A stretch of 63,892 nucleotides of DNA, the filler included, from Octopus bimaculoides (taxonomy: Eukaryota), in the NCBI RefSeq assembly GCF_001194135.2. It is 5 parts of 4 records of this genome, joined end to end, with 100 filler letters (N's around TTAATTAATTAA, not from the genome) between each part and the next. Parts side by side here need not be neighbours in the genome. Positions count along the whole stretch, not along the records: positions 26,029 to 43,666 come from NC_069001.1; 4 more parts are not named here. One strand, 5' to 3'. How positions within the stretch are numbered: position 1 is the first letter of the stretch; each line of letters starts with the position of its first letter. Shown piece after piece: positions 26,380 through 38,927 of the stretch. Below the pieces are notes generated by a model that was not told the origin of the DNA, did not search any database, and was given only the letters and a program-made list of their open reading frames with translations. The position numbers were made by a program, and so were the translations under genes.

Positions 26380-27670
26380 CGACGCACTACTATTGCTATT
26401 ACACGAGACTCAACACTCTACATCAAGGGCTTACAGTGAGCTGCTTACCAACACGAACTCCTGATGACTCGACAATTCTCTATCTAATAGAAATGTCACA
26501 GCCCACTTTTAGTCATATTGGGGCGATCGGAATCCTTTCATAACATCTCCCCTTTTTAGAATCAGTCTCCCCTATCTTCTTCCCTTTTGAAAATTGAACT
26601 CTGCTCCGAGTTTTAATATCTCTTACGCTTAGGGTTCAATTCCAGTGGGAAAAAATCAGCATACCCTCTGATTTTATTATTTTTTTCCTTAACGAACACA
26701 GTTGGTGCTGCCCATTTAGAATATTCCATTCTTTGGATAACTTCAATTTTTTCTAGTCTCTCTAACTCTAAGTTTATCTATTCTAACGCTGCAAACGGCA
26801 CCGTTCGTTTTTGTTTAAATGTCAGTATGGCGTTTTCTTGTATTTGAAACCGTACCTTCGTTTTGACCTATTTTATCGGACAGAACTTCAGAAAAAATAT
26901 GTTCTAATTTTTTCTTTTTCAATTCGTTTGACGACTTATCAGTACTGGAGGATAAACCATTTATATTTTAACTGACAAGATTTATTGAGAGATCCCATAA
27001 ATTAAACAATTACATCAAGTCAGTATCAAACAAGTTTGTTGTATCATTTAACACAAAAACTTCAGCTTTTAAGGTTTTTTTTTTTTTTTTCACGAAATGT
27101 AATGTTACTTATGAATTCACTCTTACAATATCATCTTTTCCTGAAACACCATGGGCAATTTTCGAGGTTTCATGCAATTTAGGTCTCCCGATCTTTTTCC
27201 ATGTATCTGTGTTAATTATTGAGATGTTGCTGCCTGTATCCAATCGTAACTTTACGTTTGTGTTATTAATTTTTACTAACGAATTTTTTGTCACTGATAA
27301 TCCGTTTACGTGATTTTTTCTGTTCAACGTTTTTGTTTTTTTTATTCTGTCCTACAATGTGACTTTTAGGGCCTATTTTGCCACACTTGTAGCATTTCAT
27401 ATTTTGAAACGAACAGTTATTTTTAAAATGTAGACCACCGCACATTTAACATGGATTTGGTCTTAATATTTCTTTGTCTAATTTTTAACCGTTACTGGTC
27501 GACACGCTTGAATCTGAGAACAATCTTTCTCAATTTTATTTGTGCCATGTCGTAATCTTCTGACATTCTTCTGCTACCGCCTGTAGAGTTAAATTTTGGT
27601 CCTGTTCTAATTTTGTTAATATCCGGTAACGTATATCTGCACCTCTGTTTTCTTTCATTTACTTTGTTCG
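26380..27670 (-). mobile_element. Internally deleted Gypsy/Ty3 LTR retrotransposon remnant
   Basis: Minus strand shows gag (RYRILTKLEQDQNLTLQAVAEEC; CCHC-like KCYKCGKIG), protease (KLRLDTGSNISII) and the RT start (RTVPFAALE...EYSKWAAPTVFV...ADF). A polypurine tract aaaaagggggaga is followed by TGT (LTR start near 26544). The LTR distal end is uncertain. Confidence 0.85.
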
Positions 27671-27695
27671 TTTACATATAAATACGTCGTTATAT

Positions 27696-27732
<37 letters not shown>

Positions 27733-28099
27733 CATCACGTGGGAAATTTTATGTATTTATAATTCCAACTAAGTAATATGTTATTTCAATGTGAAGTGAT
27801 AGATAGATAGATAGATAGATAGATATTTGCCAAATAAGTTATCGTTTGTCTACTTGAGATTTGGGAAGGCAGATGAGAAATAAAACCGACTTACGTGATG
27901 GGTTGGTTGCTTAATTAGATTCGAAGATAATCATTAAGTGCAACCATAACAACATTAAGAGCATCAACTTCAGACATCAGAACAACAGCCATAAAACACC
28001 AGTAACTCTGACTGTAGCAACCATAGTTTCAAAGATAAGAAAAAAAACAAGGGAAGAGCAGATACTGTGCTGTTAAAACAGAGACAATAATATGAATAT

Positions 28100-28315
28100 T
28101 GCTTTCAAATTTTGGCACAAAGCCAGCAATTTCTGGAGAAAGAGTAAGTTGATAACATTGACCCCAGTGCCCAACTCCTGTATATTTACTCGATCCCGAA
28201 AGGATGAAAAGCAAAGTCGACCTCGGCTTGAATTTGAACCTAGAACGTAAAGATGAATGAAATGCCGCTAAGTATTTTGCCCAGCGTGCTAACGATTCTG
28301 CCAACTTGCCACCTA
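28100..28315 (-). mobile_element. SINE family A
   Basis: Full tail-to-head homology with the other family A copies. Confidence 0.85.
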
Positions 28316-28479
28316 ACTATAACACGAATATTACCAGCATGAAACACAGCCGGGCTAAAGAGGGAGATGGGCAGGGAAACTTCCTCATACACTTTTCGAA
28401 TTTCAAATCGCCCGAAAAGCACACACGAAAAAGTAGTTTAAGAATAAAATAGAAAACTGCAATTCAATAGGAGTTGATA

Positions 28480-28640
28480 TGGCGTAGAAGTGGCTGCGTG
28501 GTAAGAAGCTTGATTCCCAACCACATGGTTCTGGGTTTTGTCCCACGGCAAGACACCTTGGGCAAGAGTCTTCTACTATAGCTTCGGGCTGACCAAAGCC
28601 TTGTGAGTGGATTTGGTAGACGAAAGCTGAAAGAAACTCA
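28480..28640 (+). mobile_element. SINE family B head and body
   Basis: ggcgtagaagtggctgcgtggtaag...ccttgggcaagagtcttctactatagc...gtggatttggtagacg. Confidence 0.85.
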
Positions 28641-29365
28641 GTGTCTAGCATTGTAAGTGCTACAATTTACCCTCAGTCACTATTAGTGACAATTGAATTC
28701 TTCCCTTTTGGTCTTATATTGCGTCTAACCACCTTTATTATTTTATATATATATATATATNNNNNNNNNNNNNNNNNNNNNNNNNNNNNNNNNNNNNNNN
28801 NNNNNNNNNNNNNNNNNNNNNNNNNNNNNNNNNNNNNNNNNNNNNNNNNNNNNNNNNNNNNNNNNNNNNNNNNNNNNNNNNNNNNNNNNNNNNNNNNNNN
28901 NNNNNNNNNNNNNNNNNNNNNNNNNNNNNNNNNNNNNNNNNNNNNNNNNNNNNNNNNNNNNNNNNNNNNNNNNNNNNNNNNNNNNNNNNNNNNNNNNNNN
29001 NNNNNNNNNNNNNNNNNNNNNNNNNNNNNNNNNNNNNNNNNNNNNNNNNNNNNNNNNNNNNNNNNNNNNNNNNNNNNNNNNNNNNNNNNNNNNNNNNNNN
29101 NNNNNNNNNNNNNNNNNNNNNNNNNNNNNNNNNNNNNNNNNNNNNNNNNNNNNNNNNNNNNNNNNNNNNNNNNNNNNNNNNNNNNNNNNNNNNNNNNNNN
29201 NNNNNNNNNNNNNNNNNNNNNNNNNNNNNNNNNNNNNNNNNNNNNNNNNNNNNNNNNNNNNNNNNNNNNNNNNNNNNNNNNNNNNNNNNNNNNNNNNNNN
29301 NNNNNNNNNNNNNNNNNNNNNNNNNNNNNNNNNNNNNNNNNNNNNNNNNNNNNNNNNNNNNNNNN

Positions 29366-29399
<34 letters not shown>

Positions 29400-29499
29400 T
29401 CGCATGCGTATACTCGCATAACCATATACACATATATAGGTACATATATCTATTTATATACACCTAGACTGTAAAGTTACATGTCTAAGTATATGTTAT

Positions 29500-30775
29500 T
29501 CCGATACTGTTCTTTTAACTCAGATGGATTAATCCAAGCTGTGAGAGTTAGGTTTACATTAGCTAGGTATGGTTAAGATTGTAATTTGTGAACGTGTGTT
29601 TAGCTGCATGTAGGCATCTGAGTAATTGTTCCGTAAATCTATTTATAATGCGCTCCTCTGTTAACAATATTGAGAGTGACTCTTCCGAACATAACTGGCA
29701 TTTGCGGGATAATGTGTTGTAGTGATTTGCGTGTCTGATTATAGACCATGTCAGGTCGTATATTGCCTTCACTTAATTGAGCCTCCAGATAAAATCAGCC
29801 AGTGATGTTACCGTTTAAGAATTTTTCGAAAGCTGGCAATGTGATTACGATATCGATTTTTGAAACTTTCTGCCGAGACACCGATATATACGTAGGCGCC
29901 TCCTTTAGTGTTTACAAGTCACTTATATATCACATTTTTGGTCATACATTGATTGTTCAAAGGACAATTGGATTTGTCTCTGAATGAGCATAACTGGTTG
30001 GATTGTTCTTTTTGTTTTTTTGTTTTTTGTGCTGCGAGGACTAGATGAATTGGTTCTGTTCAGTATATTTGTCGTCATTGTTATCCTACTATTATCACTA
30101 TTTCTGGGTGTATTAGTGTCGTTGTCTGAATTTTTGGTGGTGTGATTCGTTGGATGGTTATTGTCCATATTGCAGCTACTTTCTCTCGGTTGGTTGGAAT
30201 TATAGTTCGAGTTATAATCACTTTGATGCATTAATTGGTTGGTATTAGCGTTGTCTCTAGGTTAGTTATGAGTCGCGATCAATATTTACTAGCTTACTTT
30301 GAGTGTAGTCTGTTCGTTCTATCACTGTACGATTGTTTATCATATGGATGTGGTGCTCTATATTTGATGAATTAGCATAGGACAGTTTTATAGTGTGATG
30401 GTTGAATATTTTGCTGTACATTCCATTTTTAGGGAAGCAGCGACGGAAAATTTGTTTCGCGATCTTGGATGAGATGTTCGAACCCCAGATTGGGTCATAC
30501 CAAAGGACGTCATAGCTCTTATATTTTCTGTTAGGTCTGTTTGTTCGGGTGTTTGGAGTGGCATTGGGATTTTGCGGCGTCAGGTGTTTAATTTGTTGCC
30601 TGTTACTAGTTTTCTCTAACTCGTAGTTGGTTCTTATATATCTAAGTTTGGTTAGTTTTTTTCTTACGGTTTGGGATTCTACTATCTAGGTTGTTAACTT
30701 TATGTGAGTGGTTAGTTTTGTGTTTGGTAAAGTTTTTATAATGATTCATACTATTGCTCATTGAGTTATTAGAGT
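29500..30775 (-). pseudogene. Penelope-like element C-terminal part with GIY-YIG endonuclease
   Basis: Translation gives VLWYDPIWGSNI...FPKNGMYSKIFNHHTIKLSYANS, NVIYK...YVYIGVSAESFKNRYRNH (GIY-YIG) and WSIIRHANHYNTLSRKCQLCSEE...RCLH. Degenerate; the 5' side abuts a (TAT)n/(TAC)n tract at 30775-30850. Confidence 0.85.
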
Positions 30776-30787
30776 TATTATTATTAT

Positions 30788-30849
<62 letters not shown>

Positions 30850-30868
30850 TAACAAGGGTCGTATCAAT

Positions 30869-30913
30869 GTACCTGAAGAGACCCAGACTGATGAGTCGAA
30901 ATATATGTTGTAC
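30869..30913 (+). ncRNA. Degenerate minimal type I hammerhead-ribozyme-like motif
   Basis: gtac-CTGAAGA-gac(12 nt)gtc-GAAA-tatatg-TT-gtac: stem I gtac/gtac, stem II gac/gtc and a near-palindromic stem III. Confidence 0.45.
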
Positions 30914-32043
30914 CTAGTAATAGTCTAGTACGAAACCCATCTCCTACTATCAATTAATNNNNNNNNNNNNNNNNNNNNNNNNNNNNNNNNNNNNNNNNNN
31001 NNNNNNNNNNNNNNNNNNNNNNNNNNNNNNNNNNNNNNNNNNNNNNNNNNNNNNNNNNNNNNNNNNNNNNNNNNNNNNNNNNNNNNNNNNNNNNNNNNNN
31101 NNNNNNNNNNNNNNNNNNNNNNNNNNNNNNNNNNNNNNNNNNNNNNNNNNNNNNNNNNNNNNNNNNNNNNNNNNNNNNNNNNNNNNNNNNNNNNNNNNNN
31201 NNNNNNNNNNNNNNNNNNNNNNNNNNNNNNNNNNNNNNNNNNNNNNNNNNNNNNNNNNNNNNNNNNNNNNNNNNNNNNNNNNNNNNNNNNNNNNNNNNNN
31301 NNNNNNNNNNNNNNNNNNNNNNNNNNNNNNNNNNNNNNNNNNNNNNNNNNNNNNNNNNNNNNNNNNNNNNNNNNNNNNNNNNNNNNNNNNNNNNNNNNNN
31401 NNNNNNNNNNNNNNNNNNNNNNNNNNNNNNNNNNNNNNNNNNNNNNNNNNNNNNNNNNNNNNNNNNNNNNNNNNNNNNNNNNNNNNNNNNNNNNNNNNNN
31501 NNNNNNNNNNNNNNNNNNNNNNNNNNNNNNNNNNNNNNNNNNNNNNNNNNNNNNNNNNNNNNNNNNNNNNNNNNNNNNNNNNNNNNNNNNNNNNNNNNNN
31601 NNNNNNNNNNNNNNNNNNNNNNNNNNNNNNNNNNNNNNNNNNNNNNNNNNNNNNNNNNNNNNNNNNNNNNNNNNNNNNNNNNNNNNNNNNNNNNNNNNNN
31701 NNNNNNNNNNNNNNNNNNNNNNNNNNNNNNNNNNNNNNNNNNNNNNNNNNNNNNNNNNNNNNNNNNNNNNNNNNNNNNNNNNNNNNNNNNNNNNGAGAGA
31801 GAGAGAGAGAGAGGGGGGGGGACATACATATATACATACGTACATACATGCACGCACACATACACCATATTATTTATGTCTGTAATTGTCTGCATTTTTT
31901 TGTGAACAAACTCCTGTATGCACATAAGCACACAAATATGTACGTATATGTATATACATTTATTTTGTGTGTGTATATATATGTATGTACATGCATTAAC
32001 GTATGTTCACATCTACACACACACACATCCACACACACACATC

Positions 32044-32092
<49 letters not shown>

Positions 32093-32182
32093 GGGAGAAT
32101 ATACAAATAATAACAACAGACGAGGACAGGTGGTGTAAATAACAAAAGTATATATTAGTATGACGCTCGGGAATACGGAAAG

Positions 32183-32219
32183 TCTTTGACGTTTCGAGCT
32201 ACGCTCTTCAACAGAAAGA
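32183..32219 (-). ncRNA. Minimal hammerhead-like motif in a dispersed repeat (about 32100-32280)
   Basis: tcttt-CTGTTGA-a-gagc gta gctc-GAAA-c-GTC-aaaga. The core differs from CUGANGA at one position; a homolog occurs at 46251-46283. Confidence 0.6.
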
Positions 32220-33066
32220 ATACGGAGACAAGGAGAAAAACACGGAGAAAAAAAATTGAATAGTGTTCAGTCAACGGTCAATATATATACATATATANNN
32301 NNNNNNNNNNNNNNNNNNNNNNNNNNNNNNNNNNNNNNNNNNNNNNNNNNNNNNNNNNNNNNNNNNNNNNNNNNNNNNNNNNNNNNNNNNNNNNNNNNNN
32401 NNNNNNNNNNNNNNNNNNNNNNNNNNNNNNNNNNNNNNNNNNNNNNNNNNNNNNNNNNNNNNNNNNNNNNNNNNNNNNNNNNNNNNNNNNNNNNNNNNNN
32501 NNNNNNNNNNNNNNNNNNNNNNNNNNNNNNNNNNNNNNNNNNNNNNNNNNNNNNNNNNNNNNNNNNNNNNNNNNNNNNNNNNNNNNNNNNNNNNNNNNNN
32601 NNNNNNNNNNNNNNNNNNNNNNNNNNNNNNNNNNNNNNNNNNNNNNNNNNNNNNNNNNNNNNNNNNNNNNNNNNNNNNNNNNNNNNNNNNNNNNNNNNNN
32701 NNNNNNNNNNNNNNNNNNNNNNNNNNNNNNNNNNNNNNNNNNNNNNNNNNNNNNNNNNNNNNNNNNNNNNNNNNNNNNNNNNNNNNNNNNNNNNNNNNNN
32801 NNNNNNNNNNNNNNNNNNNNNNNNNNNNNNNNNNNNNNNNNNNNNNNNNNNNNNNNNNNNNNNNNNNNNNNNNNNNNNNNNNNNNNNNNNNNNNNNNNNN
32901 NNNNNNNNNNNNNNNNNNNNNNNNNNNNNNNNNNNNNNNNNNNNNNNNNNNNNNNNNNNNNNNNNNNNNNNNNNNNNNNNNNNNNNNNNNNNNNNNNNNN
33001 NNNNNNNNNNNNNNNNNNNNNNNNNNNNNNNNNNNNNNNNNNNNNNNNNNNNNNNNNNNNNNNNNN

Positions 33067-33122
<56 letters not shown>

Positions 33123-33226
33123 CAAGAACACAGACATATATATATGTGTGTGTGGTGTTGTTTTGCATTTATAATAAAATAAATATATTCAAATTATAAA
33201 AATAATAAAAATATACAGTACAGTAC

Positions 33227-33304
33227 TGTTTCTACTTCGCGGATTTTCACCTATCGCGGCGGGGTTTGGAACGTAACACCCGCGATAGTCGAGGGATTAC
33301 TGTA
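33227..33304. mobile_element. Terminus of a Tigger/pogo-like non-autonomous element
   Basis: ...cttcgcggattttcacctatcgcgg...cccgcgatagtcgagggattactg|TA, i.e. an inverse CAGTAATCCCTCG TIR with TA target. The other end was not found. Confidence 0.6.
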
Positions 33305-33569
33305 TATATAAATCGTGCAATTCGTATATACATACCGCACTTTCACACTCTAATACGTACACACACAGCAACACCAACACACACACACTCTCGACACCAC
33401 TCCTCTCATATGGAAAGTTTTAAAAATCTGTTTTTATAGTTAAGAAAAAAAGAAATCTATTTCCTACTTTGTGTTATGATAATAGTTGGATCGTTAAGAT
33501 AATGGTTCGAAATCAGTCCCCCTATGCTACACCTTGACTTGCCTTCTATTGCAGCGTTGGACTGTCTTT

Positions 33570-33778
33570 TAGCAGAATCGTTAGAACGCCAGGCAAAGTG
33601 TTAAAAGGCATTTCGTCCGTCTACATGTTCTAAGTTCAAAATCCACAAAGATTGACTTTGCCTTTCATCCTTTCTGGGTCTATAAAATAAGAATCGGTTA
33701 AAACATTGCGATCGATGTAATCGACTTACCCCTCCCCCGAAATTGCTGGCCTTGTGCCAAAATTTGAAATCAGTATTT
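33570..33778 (+). mobile_element. SINE family A
   Basis: gcagaatcgttagaacgcc...ttcatcctttc...ggccttgtgccaaaatttgaaa. Confidence 0.85.
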
Positions 33779-33859
33779 GGTAGTAACATGTGTATGCGTA
33801 TATAAGTGTATATATACATATATATCTATATCTATCTATCTATATATATATATATATAT

Positions 33860-33995
33860 AGCAATAAGAAAATAAACAGATTAATCAACGGAATATAGTG
33901 TCTACAAGTTGATGAGAACCTCATATTCCCCCCATTTTCTTATTGCTATATAAATTTAGGGTAAAATAACCCCCTTTTACCCGCACCCACTTATT
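33860..33995. repeat. Foldback/hairpin repeat, degenerate copy
   Basis: tagcaataagaaaat...gtctacaagttgatgagaacc...ccattttcttattgcta, homologous to 61790-61936. Confidence 0.7.
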
Positions 33996-34739
33996 NNNNN
34001 NNNNNNNNNNNNNNNNNNNNNNNNNNNNNNNNNNNNNNNNNNNNNNNNNNNNNNNNNNNNNNNNNNNNNNNNNNNNNNNNNNNNNNNNNNNNNNNNNNNN
34101 NNNNNNNNNNNNNNNNNNNNNNNNNNNNNNNNNNNNNNNNNNNNNNNNNNNNNNNNNNNNNNNNNNNNNNNNNNNNNNNNNNNNNNNNNNNNNNNNNNNN
34201 NNNNNNNNNNNNNNNNNNNNNNNNNNNNNNNNNNNNNNNNNNNNNNNNNNNNNNNNNNNNNNNNNNNNNNNNNNNNNNNNNNNNNNNNNNNNNNNNNNNN
34301 NNNNNNNNNNNNNNNNNNNNNNNNNNNNNNNNNNNNNNNNNNNNNNNNNNNNNNNNNNNNNNNNNNNNNNNNNNNNNNNNNNNNNNNNNNNNNNNNNNNN
34401 NNNNNNNNNNNNNNNNNNNNNNNNNNNNNNNNNNNNNNNNNNNNNNNNNNNNNNNNNNNNNNNNNNNNNNNNNNNNNNNNNNNNNNNNNNNNNNNNNNNN
34501 NNNNNNNNNNNNNNNNNNNNNNNNNNNNNNNNNNNNNNNNNNNNNNNNNNNNNNNNNNNNNNNNNNNNNNNNNNNNNNNNNNNNNNNNNNNNNNNNNNNN
34601 NNNNNNNNNNNNNNNNNNNNNNATATATACAGACATGCAAGAAGTAAATAGACACATTTAATTTTCAAAATCTTTTATCTAATACGCAAAGTGAGCAATT
34701 GAAATGTAATCGATAGGTAGGACTATATATATTTATGCG

Positions 34740-34960
34740 TATATGGGTACGGACGTCACCAACTGTGTAAATAACATGAAGTACGAAAACAAACGAGTTA
34801 AATACGCAGACAACGAGAGAGAACAAATGGAAAACAGGACAAGTAACACGGAGAAAAGACTCTTCATCAGTTGTCGGCTGTCTATCTACTCCACATTTCG
34901 AGCATTCAACAATATGACCGTTCGAAGACAGTTGCTCCCATAAATATCAAAATAAGATTT
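34740..34960 (-). repeat. Dispersed repeat, possibly Penelope-terminal-repeat-derived; contains an isolated CTGATGA
   Basis: The minus strand has ...acaaCTGATGAagagtc, but no closable hammerhead was found. Low support. Confidence 0.3.
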
Positions 34961-35010
34961 TGGATTTATGGAGGGTCAATGTTGGGAACAAAAACGAGAC
35001 AGTGGAGACA

Positions 35011-35407
35011 TACCAACCACATGATTCCGGGTTCAGTCCCACTGCGTGGCATCTTGGGCAAGTGTCTTCTACTATAGCCTCGGGCCGACCAGAGCCTTAT
35101 GAGTGGATTTGGTAGACGGAAACTGAAAGAAGCCCGTCGTATATATATGTGTGTGTGTGTGCGCGCGCGCGTGTGTGTGTATGTGTTTGTGTGTCTGTGT
35201 TTGCCCCTTCCCCCAACATCACTTGACAACTGATGCTGGTGTGTTTACATCCCCGTAACTTAGCGGTTCGGCAAAATAGACCGATAGAATAAGAACTAGG
35301 CTTCCAAAGAATAAGTCCTGGTGTCGATTTGCTCGACTAAAGGTGGTGCTCCAGCATGGCCACAGTCAAAAGACTGAAACAAGTAAAAGAGTAAAAGAGT
35401 AAAGAGT
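35011..35407 (+). mobile_element. SINE family B, best-preserved copy
   Basis: B-box-like ccgggttcagtccc, CORE-like ttgggcaagtg, an internal (TA)(TG)(CG) microsatellite, and a tail ending in (gtaaaaga)x3. Confidence 0.9.
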
Positions 35408-36099
35408 ATATATGTATATATGTACATATATATATNNNNNNNNNNNNNNNNNNNNNNNNNNNNNNNNNNNNNNNNNNNNNNNNNNNNNNNNNNNNNNNNN
35501 NNNNNNNATCAATGTTCATACATACACTGCCGTATTCAAACCTAGTGGTGCCCCTGATGCTATAGGTCTAGGAAGATTATGTGTAGGCAGTTTTCTGCTA
35601 TTTCGATGTAAACAGCAGGAATGTGCATTATAAAAACAAATACAACATTGTAAATAATCGATATACAAAGAGTATTTATAATTTCATATCAATTTTGCAT
35701 TCTCCTAAAGAAACCTTTGCATATTCCATGACTTTAGTAAGTTCCAACACTGATTGTTTCTGACATGTTGATGCTGCTTTGTTTATTTCTTTGGATCATG
35801 CATTGCTGTTGGCTGTTTTTTTATATTAGAAGAACAGACGATCAAATTATTTTTTGAAAGTCATTACTTAAAAAAAGTGCTAATTCAAAACATGAGACAA
35901 TAAAGAGGGCCGCATTAAATCTAGGGATCCCAAACAGTTTGATTCAGAAGGATTTAGTATCATTTTAAATTTAAAAGGGCACAATAAATGAAATGAGGGC
36001 TCAATAAATTTAAAAGAACTCCATTGGGTTTACAAATATTTAGACAAGTAAAAATAATTTGCAGATTATTTATTTGACTGTTGTATATATATTTTTATA

Positions 36100-36215
36100 G
36101 TTTAACTCGAAATTTATGCTTCTCTACATTAAAGGGGTCCCCAATACTTGGCGCCTCGCACTCTCGGAGCCACTGGGCCATGGCCCATATTGGCCTATAT
36201 ATAAGTCCGGCCCTG
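36100..36215. mobile_element. hAT-like non-autonomous element terminus
   Basis: Ends ...gggccatggccc...aagtccggccctg, the inverse of a CAGGGCCGG hAT-type TIR. The partner TIR was not seen. Confidence 0.45.
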
Positions 36216-36369
36216 CTTACATACATACATACATACATACAGACAGACAGACAGACATATTGTTTGATTGCGCTTGTTTCGCCAGTGTTTAGATTTAAAA
36301 GGCTGTGATGGTATATAAAACAATTAGTTTGTTATATCACCTCTTTAAGGAAAATGTCACCTATAATCT

Positions 36370-36945
36370 GAAATATTGCACACGTACAAGGTGACAAGGG
36401 AACCTCCATGTGACACTTCAATCTACTTAACATAGCAGCCATATCACACCGTCTTAAGAAGGACACGTTAGATCTATTCATTTAGATCAGGGCTTCTCAA
36501 CCATTTTTTACCAATGGACCCCTTGTGATTACTATCTTATTCTGGTGGACCCCCACAGTCATTCGATGTTTAAAAACTAATTCTATAGAAACTTCAAATT
36601 TCCTATTTTGTTTTTCAGACATTAGCTTGTGCAAGGTGAACTGTGTATAATGTTAGAGAAAGAAACCAAGCTATCTCTTGCAATAAATACCAATACATAC
36701 ATCTAAAGCAACATTTTTTCAGGGACCCCTTCAAATACTATCGTGGATCTCCAATTTACTATTTTGTTGTGCGGGCCTCCCAAATATCTTATATGTACCC
36801 CAGTTGAGAACCTCTGATTTTAGATTAACTCTGTCTAAGCAACAGACGATATAGTAATGGGGAGAACTCCCTTTGATCAAATGTCTGCTTTACAAAGACA
36901 AACCTGGGGCTAAACAGTGACAGCAACAATACAATAACAACAACA
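36370..36945 (+). repeat. Family D repeat ending in (CAA)n, interrupted by a hAT MITE
   Basis: Homology to 2575-2705 and 16230-16375; it resumes after the MITE and ends ctggggctaaacag...caacaacaac. Confidence 0.5.
36488..36816. mobile_element. hAT (Charlie-like) MITE, 329 bp
   Basis: TIRs cagggcttctcaac and gttgagaacctctg match at 12/14. Flanks atttagat and attttagat approximate an 8-bp TSD with a TAGA core. Confidence 0.8.
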
Positions 36946-38624
36946 ACAACGAACGCACTTGTTGCTACGAGTTTGTAAAGGGTCTAGTTTCTACCGTTTC
37001 ACATGAATTTGTCAACGGAAAGTCAATCTTTTATCAGAATATGTCAGGAAGCAAATATTTGGTCAATTCTTGACACTAAGAACGTGATGTTTGGTTGGTC
37101 AGAGACTTCTAAGACAGAGGAAGTGTAAAAAATTTCTCCAGTGACACAACACATTCCTCAGAATATGCATAAGTATCCGCCATATCTTTTTTATATATAC
37201 ATCTAGTTATGGATGTATGAATGGAGGTATGCATGTATATATGCTAGTGTATTTATGTATGCATATATGTGTATGTATGCATGTATGTATTTATGTACAT
37301 ATGTATTTATACACTTATAAATGTTTATTTGTGCATGTATGTATGCGTATATATTTGTGTAGGTGTATATTTATGTGAATATTGTGCTAATGTATATGTA
37401 TATATAACTTTCAATATATATTTATTTGAGCATGTATATCGTTACTAGTTATATATATTTATATATTTGTGTGTGCTAAATATTACATATATCATCATCA
37501 TCATCATCATCAACATCATCATTTACTGTTTTCTCTACTGACATAGGTTGGATGGTTTGACAGGACTCGGCGAAAGCTACGTGGAGCTCCCATGCCACAC
37601 ACACTCATACATATAACAATGGAAATATTGAAAGCAAAAGATGTTCAATTGTTACAATTTAAATCAGTTTATCTATGAAATACAATCAGTAACGTTATAT
37701 AAAATCTATTCGATGGCGTTCTCTAAATTTATGAATCAAAATTGAACAATAACCGATTAATGGAACATTGAATCTCCACAGGCCTTATCAATAATATTAA
37801 TATGCCAATTTGTTGTGTGTACGTACCTGACGCGTTTGTCACGCTTAGGAGAAAGAAGTTTTGTTGCTTAAGTAATACTTTTAATTGCGTCTCCTGAAAT
37901 TTCTGGAAGTGATTTGAAACCCCCACGTATGTGTTGTATTAACTACTTCTCAACACCCATGCTTACTGAGCCACCGAAGCAGCAACCAGCTTAATGAGAA
38001 AATTAAGATACTTAAATTTGTCGCGTGTACTGAGGAAGTGAGAGAGAAAGAGAGGAGAGAGATGACGGCATGAAACTGAATGGCCGATAGGTATTTGAAT
38101 TCCTTTCTACGACTGAACTGAAACTGACCCCTGGGTATTAAAGGCCCAACCACACGCACACATTTGTTTTAGGTCTTCTACCCATTTGAATTCGGTCATA
38201 CACCAGATAACATGTTCAGTCTTACGCTCCGAAATTTAAATTTTGAATTTGTTTTAATTATGAAATTACACCTCAGTTAAAAAACATCTTTTGACTTTCG
38301 AAGACAACCTTTTCTTTGTCTTTCTATATTTTTTGTTAAGTTACAATTTCTCTGTTTTGGTCAAGATTTTTCCAATTTCTTTTTTCTTGTATCAAGTAAT
38401 GGACGAAAAAAAAATTAATTTCACAGAGCCGAACAAAATCAAAAATATTAATTCTATTTTATCATTTTCCTTAATATTAACACGGGCATAGTATGAGAGA
38501 GATTTGGTTGTTATTTCTAGCAAATTGAACAACCACACAGAGTTCTTCAATTGGTTCATTTGTAGGTGTTTATAAGTAAACAAAAACTAAAAGACACACA
38601 CATATATATGAATGTATGTGTGTG

Positions 38625-38695
38625 TGTGTCTACAGACCTGTGTGTGTCTACAGACCTGTGTGTGTGTCTACAGACCTGTGTGTGTGTGTCTACAG
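38625..38695. repeat. Minisatellite (gtgtgtgtctacagacct)x3-4
   Basis: Direct reading. Confidence 0.85.
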
Positions 38696-38927
38696 AGAGG
38701 AAGTGAGAGAGAAAGAGAGAGAGAGATGACGTAAAAGAATAAAAGAATACGAGAAAAACGTTCCGTACCATTAAACCAAGTGGGTTCTCTGAATATGTAC
38801 TATGTATTTTAAAGCTAAATAGTAATTCTATCTACGTTTGCGTAACTAAGACATTTTGGTTGGATTATATAGTTATCAGTTTTACACTTCTTTGTATATT
38901 CTATAACTGTCGCAATATACTTTTCTC

